This document shows, piece by piece, positions 11,013 through 20,546 of a stretch of DNA of 64,000 nt. Position 1 is the first letter of the stretch; the number at the start of each line of letters is the position of its first letter. The DNA is from Mangrovibacterium sp. GTDB lineage: Bacteria; Bacteroidota; Bacteroidia; Bacteroidales; Prolixibacteraceae. The DNA is taken from contig NZ_JBFHIT010000009.1 in NCBI RefSeq assembly GCF_041596335.1, forward strand, positions 29,458 through 93,457. The letters run 5' to 3'. A model generated the notes under the pieces. It was not told the origin of the DNA, did no database searches, and saw only the letters and a list, made by a program, of their open reading frames with translations. The position numbers were made by a program, and so were the translations under genes.

Positions 11013-11621
11013 TTAAAACTGGTGACTTTGAAAAATGATGAAGCCATAAATTAAGAAGCGAAGAATCCGGAAAAGAGCAAAATAGGTGAACCGTTTCAAT
11101 GGGTACTCGGTTGTGCCAACCAGCATACTAATAAGCGCCCAGGGTAACGGAGTAAGTGCCGCAGCTACAATTAGCGCCGAACCAAATTTTCGAAAAAGCG
11201 GCCAATACTTGCTGAAGAACTTCCGGCTCATGTATCGAAAAAAGATCATTCGTTGTAAATACCGACCTATCAGGAAGGAGACATAACCGGCAGTATAGGA
11301 TACTCCGGCAAAAAAGGACAGATTTAACAGGTAGTGAATAAAATCACCTTTGTTAAACGCCCATAACATGAAAAATTCAGGCGGGAAAAGCCCGAAAATA
11401 AACTCTGATCCAATGTAAATGAGGTAAATTAATGTGGCATTATCGTAGAATTTCCTGAGCCAAACCTGTTGGTTCTCAGTCACGATGAATTCCTTGAAAA
11501 GGTAATAAGCCGCAGCAATTATGGCTGCATAAATTAAGGTGCGGCCCATATTCTGTAGTAAAAATCCAATTTTACTTTGGTTGGTCGAAGGTTGATTTTC
11601 TGTATTCATTTTCTTTGTCAT
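11013..11621 (-). CDS. VTT/YqaA-like membrane protein
   Basis: Multiple hydrophobic segments, AALTPLPW motif; start uncertain (11609-11621). Confidence 0.6.
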   Translation of the reverse strand: MTKKMNTENQPSTNQSKIGFLLQNMGRTLIYAAIIAAAYYLFKEFIVTENQQVWLRKFYDNATLIYLIYIGSEFIFGLFPPEFFMLWAFNKGDFIHYLLNLSFFAGVSYTAGYVSFLIGRYLQRMIFFRYMSRKFFSKYWPLFRKFGSALIVAAALTPLPWALISMLVGTTEYPLKRFTYFALFRILRFLIYGFIIFQSHQF

Positions 11622-11631
11622 CTGTAAACTA

Positions 11632-12207
11632 TCATCCTGCAATTCGTTCGAGCAACCAAGCGATGTTTTCGCCAAGTGTTTTTATGGTCTGAATGCCTTC
11701 GTCGTCTTTTAACACGTCCCCTTCGGCTTTGCCAAACGCGAAATTCCAATACGATGAGCCAGGGACAATCATTTGACTTATCAGGAAAAAATTGTTAATC
11801 GTTTCAAAGGTATGTAGTTGCCCGCCTCTTCGAACTGAAATAACGGCAGCTCCTATTTTACGCTTCAAAAGGTGTCCATTTCCCCGCGTAACATAGCCTG
11901 CAACATCAATTAAAGCCTTTATTTCGGTTGTCACATCTGCAAAATAAACCGGCGACCCGATAATAATAGCATCAGCAGCAAGCATTTTGGCGATGCATTC
12001 GTTAATAGCAACGTTTTTAATATGGCATTGTTTGTTTTTAATCTCCCGACATTTGCCACAGGCGGTACAGCCGTGCACCTGCTTTCCACCCAGCTGAAAT
12101 ATTTCAGTCTGGTATCCGGCATTTTTTAAAGGCTCCAGCGCTGTGTCAAGCAAGATGCGGGTATTGCCATTTTTTCGCGGGCTTCCGTTAATTCCCAATA
12201 CTTTCAT
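11632..12207 (-). CDS. Flavodoxin-family iron-sulfur flavoprotein (NADPH-dependent FMN reductase)
   Basis: INGSPRKNGNT, CxxCxxC...C, GSPVYF. Confidence 0.88.
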   Translation of the reverse strand: MKVLGINGSPRKNGNTRILLDTALEPLKNAGYQTEIFQLGGKQVHGCTACGKCREIKNKQCHIKNVAINECIAKMLAADAIIIGSPVYFADVTTEIKALIDVAGYVTRGNGHLLKRKIGAAVISVRRGGQLHTFETINNFFLISQMIVPGSSYWNFAFGKAEGDVLKDDEGIQTIKTLGENIAWLLERIAG

Positions 12208-12220
12208 GTCGAATTAAAAT

Positions 12221-12877
12221 TTAGTTGCTGAAAACATATGAAACAATGTTTGCTCCCATTTTTAGAGCCTTTTCCCGTACGACTGGACTGTCGCCATGAA
12301 CTGCAGGATCTTCCCAGCCATCGCTGATATCTGATTCGTAGGTGTACAAACACACCAGCCGGTTTTCAATAAAAAGGCCAAAAGCTTGAGGTCGTTTCCC
12401 GTCGTGTTCGTGTATTTTGGGGAGTCCATTCGGAAACTCGAATTTCTGATGGAAAATTGGATGGTCGGTTGGAAGTTCAACAAAATCCTGATCGGCAAAA
12501 ATCTTTCTCATTTCGCGACGAATGAAGGCATCGAGGCCATAATTGTCGTCGATGTATAAGAAGCCACCTGCTTCGAAATATAATTTCAGGTTTCTGCATT
12601 CTTCCGGAGAGAATACAATATTTCCGTGGCCGGTAAGGTGTAAAATAGGGTAGTTGAAAATTTCGGTGCTTCCGGGTTCTACAGTTCCTGGATCAGCGGA
12701 GAAATTCGTATTTAATTCCCGGTTACAAAAGCTCATTAAATTTGGTAAAGCGGTTGGGTCGGCATACCAATCGCCACCTCCCCGGTACTTCACAAGACCG
12801 ATTTTTAGATCGGAAGGCTGAGCCCACCCCGGTTGGTTAGCCAAAATTAAAAATGAGATAATGAGCAAGATTTTCAT
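12221..12877 (-). CDS. DUF4159 domain protein
   Basis: VKYRGGGDWY, HLTGHG, GGFLYIDDNYGLD, DISDGWED. Confidence 0.8.
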   Translation of the reverse strand: MKILLIISFLILANQPGWAQPSDLKIGLVKYRGGGDWYADPTALPNLMSFCNRELNTNFSADPGTVEPGSTEIFNYPILHLTGHGNIVFSPEECRNLKLYFEAGGFLYIDDNYGLDAFIRREMRKIFADQDFVELPTDHPIFHQKFEFPNGLPKIHEHDGKRPQAFGLFIENRLVCLYTYESDISDGWEDPAVHGDSPVVREKALKMGANIVSYVFSN

Positions 12878-13063
12878 AATTCAATTGCTAGGATTCAAAG
12901 ATAGTAAGAATGAAATAGTTTTGAAGATTTTTATGAATTTGACAGGTAATATAGCAAACAGAAAAACTTATTGAGGAGAATGCTGTTATTTTTGCCAATG
13001 AATACCCGTGGCAGCATTCGTTTGTTCGAAGTGAATCGAATTCGTTGTCATTAAAAATTTAGA

Positions 13064-14302
13064 TTGATGGAAAGAAGTTTTACCACCCGTTCGCTAAATA
13101 TTCCTTTTCCTAAAGACGATCCGCATCGATCGCTGGATATGCCTGTTTATGAGTCTGTTGCTTTCGAGTTTGCAACATCGGAAGATATTGCCGCAAACTT
13201 TAGAGGTGAACTGCCCGCGCATGTATACTCGCGCACCAGCAACCCAACAGTGGAGTATTTCGAGCGAAAGATGAAAAGCCTCACAATGGCGCATCAGGTA
13301 TTGGCTTTGGCATCTGGTATGGCAGCAATAACGAATACTATTTTGTCGCTTTGTAAGGCTGGCGATAACATTATTTCCGGTAATCACTTGTTCGGTCACA
13401 GTTATGCTCTGTTTAAACAGAGTTTGTCGAATTACGGATTGGAAACCCGATTTGTGGATACAACCAAGCCGGCAGAAGTTGAACGGCTGATTGATGAAAA
13501 TACCCGTTTAATTTATTTTGAAACCGTCACAAATCCTCAGTTAGAAATCGCCGATATTCGGGCTCTGTCCGAATTAGCCAACAAATATAATCTGGTATTG
13601 GTTGCGGATAGTACACTCACTCCGCCGGTTGTTTTTAACTCAAAATCATTGGGGGTTCATGTCGAAGTGATGTCTACCACCAAGTACATTTCAGGCGGTG
13701 CAACTTCGTTTGGCGGAGTGATTCTGGATAACGGTATATTTGAATGGGCAAAAAACCCAAACACGAAAACATTTAGCGAGAAATTTGGGAAAGACGCTTT
13801 CATTGCCCGCTTGCGAAAAAATTATTACCGAAATACCGGTGCAGCAATGACAGCCCATACTGCTCACTACCAAATACTGGGACTGGATATTCTCGAACTA
13901 CGTTTAGAGCGAAGCTATGGTAGTTGTTTGTCCTTGTGCGAGTTCCTTTTCAATAACCAGAAAGTAAAAAAAGTAACCTATCCCGGATTGAAATTCTCTG
14001 CAGATTATGGCTTGGCTATGAGTCAGTTCAATGGCAAACCGGGAACTATTTTAACCTTCGATTTGGAATCGCAAGCTGCCTGTTTCTCTTTTATGAATCG
14101 ATTGCAGATTATTCGCAGAGCAACCAACCTGAATGATAATAAGTCGCTGATTATTCACCCATTTTCAACGATTTACGCAGAATTCACGGAGTCCGACAGG
14201 CAGGAAATGTGCATTCGCGATACCATGATGCGATTGTCGGTTGGGATTGAGGCACCGGCAGATCTAATTTCGGATATTGACCAGGCCTTGGCTGCTATTT
14301 AA
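13064..14302 (+). CDS. O-acyl-homoserine sulfhydrylase family PLP enzyme (MetZ/MetY-like)
   Basis: YSRTSNPTV, ASGMAAI, ETVTNPQL, STTKYISG, NLNDNKSLIIHP, RLSVGIE. Confidence 0.85.
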   Translation: MMERSFTTRSLNIPFPKDDPHRSLDMPVYESVAFEFATSEDIAANFRGELPAHVYSRTSNPTVEYFERKMKSLTMAHQVLALASGMAAITNTILSLCKAGDNIISGNHLFGHSYALFKQSLSNYGLETRFVDTTKPAEVERLIDENTRLIYFETVTNPQLEIADIRALSELANKYNLVLVADSTLTPPVVFNSKSLGVHVEVMSTTKYISGGATSFGGVILDNGIFEWAKNPNTKTFSEKFGKDAFIARLRKNYYRNTGAAMTAHTAHYQILGLDILELRLERSYGSCLSLCEFLFNNQKVKKVTYPGLKFSADYGLAMSQFNGKPGTILTFDLESQAACFSFMNRLQIIRRATNLNDNKSLIIHPFSTIYAEFTESDRQEMCIRDTMMRLSVGIEAPADLISDIDQALAAI

Positions 14303-14307
14303 TGAAA

Positions 14308-15012
14308 TCAGTCTTCGAGCAATAAGTTGCAGGTATGACAGGCTGCCAGTGCTGCGGTTTCGGTGCGCAGGCGACTGCTTCCCAAACTCACAGGGATGAA
14401 ATTGTTTTGCAATGCTGTTGTAAGCTCTTGTTCCGAAAAATCACCTTCCGGGCCGATTAGGATTAAATTCGATAAACTACCCGGAATTTCATTTTTCAAC
14501 TGTCGTTTGTCCAACTCGTGGCAATGGGCAATAAACTTTTTGCCCCGAAATTCGCTTTGCAACAATTCATTCAACGGAGTTAGCGGGTTTAGCCGGGGCA
14601 AATAGGCTTTCAATGACTGCTTCATGGCTGAAACGATTACTTTTTCGAGACGATCGTCTTTAATAACTTTTCGTTCCGAATGTTCACAGAGCACGGGAGT
14701 GATTTCGTCAATCCCAATTTCGGTCGCTTTCTCTAAAAACCACTCCAGCCGATCAATATTTTTGGTTGGAGCAACTGCTATATGGAGGTATGAATTTCGT
14801 TTGCCAAATTCCCGTTCCTGTGCTTGAACAACTATTTGGCAGCGCTTCGGATTGGCATCCGTTATTTGTGCTGTGTAAAGCGAACCTTTACCATCGATTA
14901 GCTGGATTGAATCACCGGGATTCAGTCGGAGGACCCGAATCGCGTGTTTTGACTCAATTTCATTTAACGTATATGATTTGCCTTGAATATCGGGTGTGTA
15001 GAAAAGCTGCAT
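14308..15012 (-). CDS. rsmE: 16S rRNA m3U1498 methyltransferase
   Basis: HAIRVLRL, EKATEIG, IGPEGDFS, LGSSRLRTETAA. Confidence 0.93.
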   Translation of the reverse strand: MQLFYTPDIQGKSYTLNEIESKHAIRVLRLNPGDSIQLIDGKGSLYTAQITDANPKRCQIVVQAQEREFGKRNSYLHIAVAPTKNIDRLEWFLEKATEIGIDEITPVLCEHSERKVIKDDRLEKVIVSAMKQSLKAYLPRLNPLTPLNELLQSEFRGKKFIAHCHELDKRQLKNEIPGSLSNLILIGPEGDFSEQELTTALQNNFIPVSLGSSRLRTETAALAACHTCNLLLED

Positions 15013-15033
15013 GTTGATCGACGTATTTATGAA

Positions 15034-15528
15034 TTAGCGATAGGTGCGTGGTTTTAGGTGATGAACCAGATCACCCTCTCTGGAAGCAATCGCGCTCCAA
15101 TGCTCGACATTAAAATCGATTACGGCGGTTGAGCATGTTGGAGTATCGCTGTTGAAAAAGCGAACCAGATTATTGATCAAATAATGAATGGTCGGGTTAT
15201 GTCCAAAAACAAAAACAGTTTCAACCTTGTCTTTCAATGTCTGAAGTATGTCAATAAAATCCTGTGTGGTCATTCCATCATACAGGTCTTCTTCCTTCTG
15301 TATTTTATCTTTATCGTATTGGAACGTATTCGCGTAGATTTTGGCCGTGCTAAAAGCCCGCTTTGCCGGACTGGAAATAATTAACCCTGGAGAAATACCC
15401 AGATTTTTCAATTCCAAACTTACTATCTCAGCGTCCTCTCGGCCACTTGGTCTCAGTTTACGATTAAAATCATCTTCGTAGCCATACGGAATTGCTTTAG
15501 CATGCCTAACAATTACTACTCTTTTCAT
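15034..15528 (-). CDS. SixA-type histidine phosphatase
   Basis: RHAKA, SSPAKRA, GHNPT. Confidence 0.85.
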   Translation of the reverse strand: MKRVVIVRHAKAIPYGYEDDFNRKLRPSGREDAEIVSLELKNLGISPGLIISSPAKRAFSTAKIYANTFQYDKDKIQKEEDLYDGMTTQDFIDILQTLKDKVETVFVFGHNPTIHYLINNLVRFFNSDTPTCSTAVIDFNVEHWSAIASREGDLVHHLKPRTYR

Positions 15529-15591
15529 TGGTGCGAATTTTAGAGCTAAATTAAACTAATTTTGGGCGATCGAAACAAGGAATAAGTAAAA

Positions 15592-16092
15592 ATGAAAAGA
15601 ATAGGTTTACTATCAGACACCCATGGCGCAATAAGTTCTAAAACCTTACACTTCTTCGAGAATGTTGATGAAATATGGCATGCCGGAGATATTGGAACGG
15701 TAGAGCTAGCCGATCAACTGATCGCTTTTAAGCCCATCAAGGCAGTCTATGGCAATATTGATAATCACATTGTTCGGAAGATGTTCCCCGAAAAACTTCG
15801 ATTCTTTTGCGAGGAAGTCGATGTGCTGATGACTCACATCGGCGGCTATCCCGGAAAATATCAGCCAACAGTCAGAAACGAGTTCAACCTAAAATCACCA
15901 CGACTCTTTATTTGCGGGCATTCGCACATTTTGAAGGTCGTATTCGATCAAAAATATAACTGCCTACATATCAATCCGGGAGCGGCAGGAAACAAGGGGT
16001 TTCACAATGTTTGTACGGCAATCCGTTTTGTAATTGATGGTACGGAAATTAAGGACCTAGAAGTTCATGAATTTGAAAGAGCTAATTTTTGA
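15592..16092 (+). CDS. YfcE-family metallophosphoesterase
   Basis: SDTH, HAGDIG, GNID, GHSH, NPGAAG. Confidence 0.88.
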   Translation: MKRIGLLSDTHGAISSKTLHFFENVDEIWHAGDIGTVELADQLIAFKPIKAVYGNIDNHIVRKMFPEKLRFFCEEVDVLMTHIGGYPGKYQPTVRNEFNLKSPRLFICGHSHILKVVFDQKYNCLHINPGAAGNKGFHNVCTAIRFVIDGTEIKDLEVHEFERANF

Positions 16093-16174
16093 TATAGATT
16101 AAATGATGAAAGATTATTCAATATAGATTAATTGATCTATATTGTTGATATATAGAATTTATTATCTATATTTG
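16092..16174 (+). promoter_or_regulatory. Three 29-bp-period operator-like repeats overlapping a Bacteroidota -7 promoter element
   Basis: ATATAGA starts at 16092, 16121 and 16150; the second and third copies are 22-bp inverted repeats ATATAGA-N8-TCTATAT; TATATTTG (TAnnTTTG) at 16167-16174. Confidence 0.7.
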
Positions 16175-16178
16175 AGAG

Positions 16179-16829
16179 GTGAAAAAGATAGCAGTTATAT
16201 CAGCAGATGTAATTAATTCGTCGATTTATGACGAAGTTGAATATATTTCTTCGATTGATCAGCTGGAACAACCAGCAGTTAATTTTCTGAAGAAATCAGG
16301 AGATTTAATGCTTTCCAGTAGGGGAGATAGTTTTCAGGTTATGCTTCTTGATTGGCAGGACGCTTTTTTGAAAACGATTTACCTAAAATCATACTTCAAA
16401 AAAAAGACAGCTCGCCTGAAGCACAATACCACTCGAAAAGCAATAGATGTACGTATTTCATTATCTGTTGGTTATGTAGGTTCAATACCGCTGGATATTG
16501 GAAAAGCAATGGATGAACCATTTGTTCTTTCCGGAAGAGCATTGGACCAAATGAAGTCCAAAGATCAATCCTTCATTATAACAACGAACAATGATGCAAT
16601 AAACAAAGAGCTGGCTTTAAATTGCGCTTTTTTGCAACATATTTTAGACGGCTGGACTGTCGCGCAAGCGGAGGTAATTTACTATCTTGTACAAGGTTAC
16701 AAACAAGTAGAAATCGCTGAAAAGCTCGAATTATCACAGCCTTCGGTAAGTAACCGGATTCAGCTTTCAAACTGGGTTTTGATTGAAAAAATGAACAACC
16801 GATTTGTCGAATTAATGGACAGCTTATGA
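16179..16829 (+). CDS. SatD-family protein (nucleotide cyclase-like palm) with C-terminal HTH
   Basis: ISADVINSS and SRGDSFQ motifs, FVLSGRALD; C-terminal KQVEIAEKLELSQPSVSNR HTH. Confidence 0.75.
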   Translation: MKKIAVISADVINSSIYDEVEYISSIDQLEQPAVNFLKKSGDLMLSSRGDSFQVMLLDWQDAFLKTIYLKSYFKKKTARLKHNTTRKAIDVRISLSVGYVGSIPLDIGKAMDEPFVLSGRALDQMKSKDQSFIITTNNDAINKELALNCAFLQHILDGWTVAQAEVIYYLVQGYKQVEIAEKLELSQPSVSNRIQLSNWVLIEKMNNRFVELMDSL

Positions 16830-17554
16830 TCCTTTTTCTTCGCTTATTAATGGCACATCTTCTGGCCGATTTTCTGTTTCAACCAAATTCGTGGGTAGCC
16901 GATAAACAGAAGCGAAAAATCAAGTCTGCCAAATTGTTCTATCACATTATTGTTGTGACAGCGCTTTCCGCTCTTTTTACGATTGATTTATTTGAGTGGC
17001 AGATTCTACTTTATATTTTCATTTTTCACTATATCATCGATTTAGCGAAAATTTATTTAAAGCCTAAATCATTATCCGATCTTTCGTGGTTTCTGATTGA
17101 TCAGTTTTTTCATTTTGTATTGTTGTTTTTGATTTGCCTTATATTCGATCGAAACCTGTTTCAATTTGCAGAAAATCAGATTGATGTCCTTTTTAGCCGC
17201 AATTCGTTTATACTGCTTATTGCCTATTTTATAATCATTTCGCCATCAGGAATAATTATAAATTTAGCGACCAGAAACTGGCAAGACCAGATTAATCAAG
17301 GTGATGAGCCAAATTTGAGGAATGCCGGTAAATGGATTGGAGTGCTGGAGCGGGTATTGGTATTAACTTTTTTGTTGGCCGGCCAATTTCAGGCAATCGG
17401 ATTCCTGATTGCAGCAAAATCGATCTTGAGGTTTTCAGTGAAAAGTGAAGTCAATGCGCGAATTATGTCTGAATATGTGCTGGTGGGGACTCTGATTAGT
17501 TTTACAATCGCCGTTTTTGTTGGAATTGCCACAAGGTCGTTGCTCGGTCTTTAG
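16826..17554 (+). CDS. DUF3307-family membrane protein
   Basis: AHLLADFLFQ, HYIIDL, IDQFFH, AGKWIGVLER, AAKSILRF, EYVLVGTLISF; ATGA overlap with satD. Confidence 0.8.
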   Translation: MILFLRLLMAHLLADFLFQPNSWVADKQKRKIKSAKLFYHIIVVTALSALFTIDLFEWQILLYIFIFHYIIDLAKIYLKPKSLSDLSWFLIDQFFHFVLLFLICLIFDRNLFQFAENQIDVLFSRNSFILLIAYFIIISPSGIIINLATRNWQDQINQGDEPNLRNAGKWIGVLERVLVLTFLLAGQFQAIGFLIAAKSILRFSVKSEVNARIMSEYVLVGTLISFTIAVFVGIATRSLLGL

Positions 17555-17711
17555 CCCGAAATCCGAGTAAAAAGCTCTCTCATCGATTCAATATTCAAAC
17601 TAAAAAGGATCGCGCAATCCGTGAAAACGAAAGGATGAAGTTGGGAGCAATAAATTGATTTTGTATCCAACTGCATTCAATCGTTCTCATTGTTGTCACC
17701 GGAGATCAGCT

Positions 17712-18377
17712 TTATAAGTCAAACATTTCTTTCCAGAGTCGGTCAAATTCTTCCTGGTATTGCTCGATAAGGGCATATTTTGAGGTAATGAGCAAATTTT
17801 CGTTGTTGTGCTTGGAAGCAGTATAGGTCCAATTGAAGCTGCCGGTGAAAGCAAATCGCTGGTCAATGATGCCAAATTTATGGTGCATATGATATTGCGA
17901 ATGATCAATTTTGACCGGAATCCCTGCGTTACGCAAGGCAAAACCTTCAGAACCCCGGTCGAATATCTTTCGATCGTCGGTAATGAGCCGAATTTTCACG
18001 TTACGCTTCATCGCTTGCAGAATTTTGTTCGTCAAACGAGAATCTGTAATTGTAAAAACGCATAAATCAATGGTCGATTTAGATTGATCAATCAAATCGC
18101 CCATTACCTCTAAGATATCGTTGCCCGGGCTAAAATAAACTTTATGGAAACGGAAAGTGTGCTCTTCAAGCAGGGCGAGACAGTATTCAAGCCAGGCGAT
18201 TGATTGTCCGTCGTGGTTTTTCTGTTCCAGAATTCTGGCTTCGTGGAAAAGGCGACTTTTCAGCTCTTTCCTGTCCGAAAGCGAAAGTTGTTGAATCTCA
18301 GACGCTATCTCTACACCATTTGCAGTTGAATAAGCTTTCCCATATTGATCTTTTAGATATTGAATAACCTTTTGCAT
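17712..18377 (-). CDS. Phospholipase D-like (single HKD) nuclease-family protein
   Basis: HHKFGIID...GSFNWT...NNEN; IDLCVFTIT. Confidence 0.85.
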   Translation of the reverse strand: MQKVIQYLKDQYGKAYSTANGVEIASEIQQLSLSDRKELKSRLFHEARILEQKNHDGQSIAWLEYCLALLEEHTFRFHKVYFSPGNDILEVMGDLIDQSKSTIDLCVFTITDSRLTNKILQAMKRNVKIRLITDDRKIFDRGSEGFALRNAGIPVKIDHSQYHMHHKFGIIDQRFAFTGSFNWTYTASKHNNENLLITSKYALIEQYQEEFDRLWKEMFDL

Positions 18378-18382
18378 GAGCC

Positions 18383-19213
18383 TTATTTTTCAAATGAACA
18401 GGCAATCCAGTTGTTCTTTTCTTTAATGGTCAATTTGCGTAAATACAATTCAGAAGCTTTTCCGATAATGTCCTCCAGATCATCTCGATAAAAACCGCTA
18501 ACGATCAAAACACCGTCTTCATTCAATACGCTGACATATTTTTCAATATCCTGCAGGATGATGTTTTTTTGGATATTGGCGAAGATAAGGTCGAATTTTT
18601 TTTGTCCAAGCAAGCTCGCGTCACCAATCATGGCCTCCATATTGGAGATCTTATTTAGTCGGCAATTTTCGACTACGCTTTCAAACGCCCAACTATCAAT
18701 GTCAATTCCGGTAACTTCCTTGCAGCCTCTCATTGCAGCAAAAATACCGAGTATGCCGGTGCCACAACCCATGTCCAAAACTGTCTGACCATCAAGATTT
18801 AATTCGCTGATGTGTTCAATCATTAGCGAGGTGGTTTCGTGGTTTCCGGTTCCAAAAGCCATGTTTGGTTCAATAATAATTTCATACTTGGCTTTGGGAT
18901 ATTCCTTGTGGAATGGAGCACGAATTAAACACTCCTGACCAATCAATAATGGTTTAAAATAGTTTTTTTCCCATTCTTCGTTCCAGTTTATATCCGGCAT
19001 TTCTTCTTGTTGAAAAGAAACTTCAAAAGGAATATTGGACAAGATGCCTTGGATGTCGACTGTTGACACTTTCTCTTTTGGATAAAAGGCATTGAGCGAA
19101 GTTTCGCTTTCATCGAAGCTTTCAAAATCCAGTTCTGACAGATAGGCAGTCAGGATTTCCCGATTAATTTCATTATCGGGAGTTAGTTTAAAAATAACCT
19201 TTGTGTATTGCAT
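18383..19213 (-). CDS. prmA: Ribosomal protein L11 methyltransferase
   Basis: NWNEEWEK, IEPNMAFGTGNHETT, VLDMGCGTGIL. Confidence 0.93.
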   Translation of the reverse strand: MQYTKVIFKLTPDNEINREILTAYLSELDFESFDESETSLNAFYPKEKVSTVDIQGILSNIPFEVSFQQEEMPDINWNEEWEKNYFKPLLIGQECLIRAPFHKEYPKAKYEIIIEPNMAFGTGNHETTSLMIEHISELNLDGQTVLDMGCGTGILGIFAAMRGCKEVTGIDIDSWAFESVVENCRLNKISNMEAMIGDASLLGQKKFDLIFANIQKNIILQDIEKYVSVLNEDGVLIVSGFYRDDLEDIIGKASELYLRKLTIKEKNNWIACSFEK

Positions 19214-19237
19214 TTATTTCTTCCGCCGTTAACAAAC

Positions 19238-19966
19238 CTAAACCAGGTTTCGTTCTTTTTTTAATTGTTCGTACGCTTCGTTTACCTTTTGGAATTTCTC
19301 TTTGGCAGCATTCTGAAAATCGTCGCCCAGATAGCTAACCTTATCGGGATGGTATTTCATGGCCATTTTACGATAAGCTTTTTTAATTTCTTCGTTCGTT
19401 GCCGAAGGATCAATCTCCAATATTTTATATGCAGCATCGGTATTGGCAATGAACATCGATTTGATTGACTCAAAATCTTTGGCCGTAATTCCCATGCTTT
19501 TTGCAATATGATCGATTAACTGGAGTTCAACTACATCAATTTGCCCATCGGCTTGAGCTATTCCAAATAGAAAATGAAGCAGCTGAAGACGCGACGAATA
19601 GTCCATGTTCTTCTGAATTTGATGGCAAACATCAGAAACCGGAATGTTTTGGTTCAATAAATCGCGGAGTAGTGTCAGTGCCTCTTGCGCCGATTCTGCT
19701 CCAAATGTGCGAACAAAGAAATCCTTCACATAGTTAAGTTCCGACTTTAATACTTTACCATCCGATTTCATCACCGCAGCCACCAACACGAGCAAACTCA
19801 TCACATATCCTCCTGTGGTGGTGGATTTGCTCTGACCATTGGTTTGAGTTTGCGGGTATTGATTGTTTTCGAACATCGATCCGACAACAAATCCTATAAT
19901 TCCTCCTATTGGGCCCAGAAATGCCCATCCTAATCCTCCTGCTATCCATTTAGCAAATTTACCCAT
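19238..19966 (-). CDS. TerB-domain / DnaJ-domain co-chaperone (DjlA-like)
   Basis: AAVMKSDG TerB region; AYKILEI...[16 protein letters not shown]-domain. Confidence 0.85.
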   Translation of the reverse strand: MGKFAKWIAGGLGWAFLGPIGGIIGFVVGSMFENNQYPQTQTNGQSKSTTTGGYVMSLLVLVAAVMKSDGKVLKSELNYVKDFFVRTFGAESAQEALTLLRDLLNQNIPVSDVCHQIQKNMDYSSRLQLLHFLFGIAQADGQIDVVELQLIDHIAKSMGITAKDFESIKSMFIANTDAAYKILEIDPSATNEEIKKAYRKMAMKYHPDKVSYLGDDFQNAAKEKFQKVNEAYEQLKKERNLV

Positions 19967-20546
19967 GACTTCTAATTTGTTTATCTAATTCAATTAATTG
20001 GGGAACAACTAGTTCCCTGTTATCGTTTTTAATAATAAAATTGGCTAGTTTACTTTTTTGTTCATCCGTCCATTGTCGCTCAATCCGCGATCGAACATTT
20101 TCAGCAGTGGTATTTTCACGCTCCATAACGCGTTTAATCCGGTCTGCTTCGGGAGCGGTTACCAAAACGGTGTAATCCATCATTTTGTAGAAACCGCTTT
20201 CGAACATGATCGCAGCCTCGTGAATGATGTATGGCGAATTTTGTTGGTTCGCCCATTTCTCGAAATGATTGCGCACTTCAGGATGAATAATCCCGTTAAC
20301 TTTTTCGAGTAAAGGTGGCGAATTAAAGATCAGTTCGGCTAATTTTTTTCGGTCAATGTGCTGATTTGGCAGGTAAATGTCGCTTCCGAATTCAGCGATC
20401 AGTTGATTCTTTATGGCGACTGAACTATTGATTAGTTTCTTGGCTTCTGTGTCGGCTTCGAATACGGGAATTCCAATACTTTTAAAAAATTGACAGATAG
20501 TAGACTTTCCGCTACCGATTCCACCTGTGATTCCAACTTTAATCAT
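19959..20546 (-). CDS. coaE: Dephospho-CoA kinase
   Basis: [18 protein letters not shown]. Confidence 0.93.
   Translation of the reverse strand: MIKVGITGGIGSGKSTICQFFKSIGIPVFEADTEAKKLINSSVAIKNQLIAEFGSDIYLPNQHIDRKKLAELIFNSPPLLEKVNGIIHPEVRNHFEKWANQQNSPYIIHEAAIMFESGFYKMMDYTVLVTAPEADRIKRVMERENTTAENVRSRIERQWTDEQKSKLANFIIKNDNRELVVPQLIELDKQIRSHG

Noticed and set aside
12978-13054. Hairpin GAATGCTG/CAGCATTC and a 24-codon uORF (12980-13054) before the sulfhydrylase gene, considered as a SAM riboswitch or attenuator
   Set aside because: No SAM-I or SAM-II consensus, no Met/Cys codon run and no terminator U-tract; support is too weak.
17712-18377. PLD nuclease as an anti-phage effector paired with SatD
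   Set aside because: Opposite strand, co-transcribed with prmA, no helicase or methylase partner; proximity alone is insufficient.
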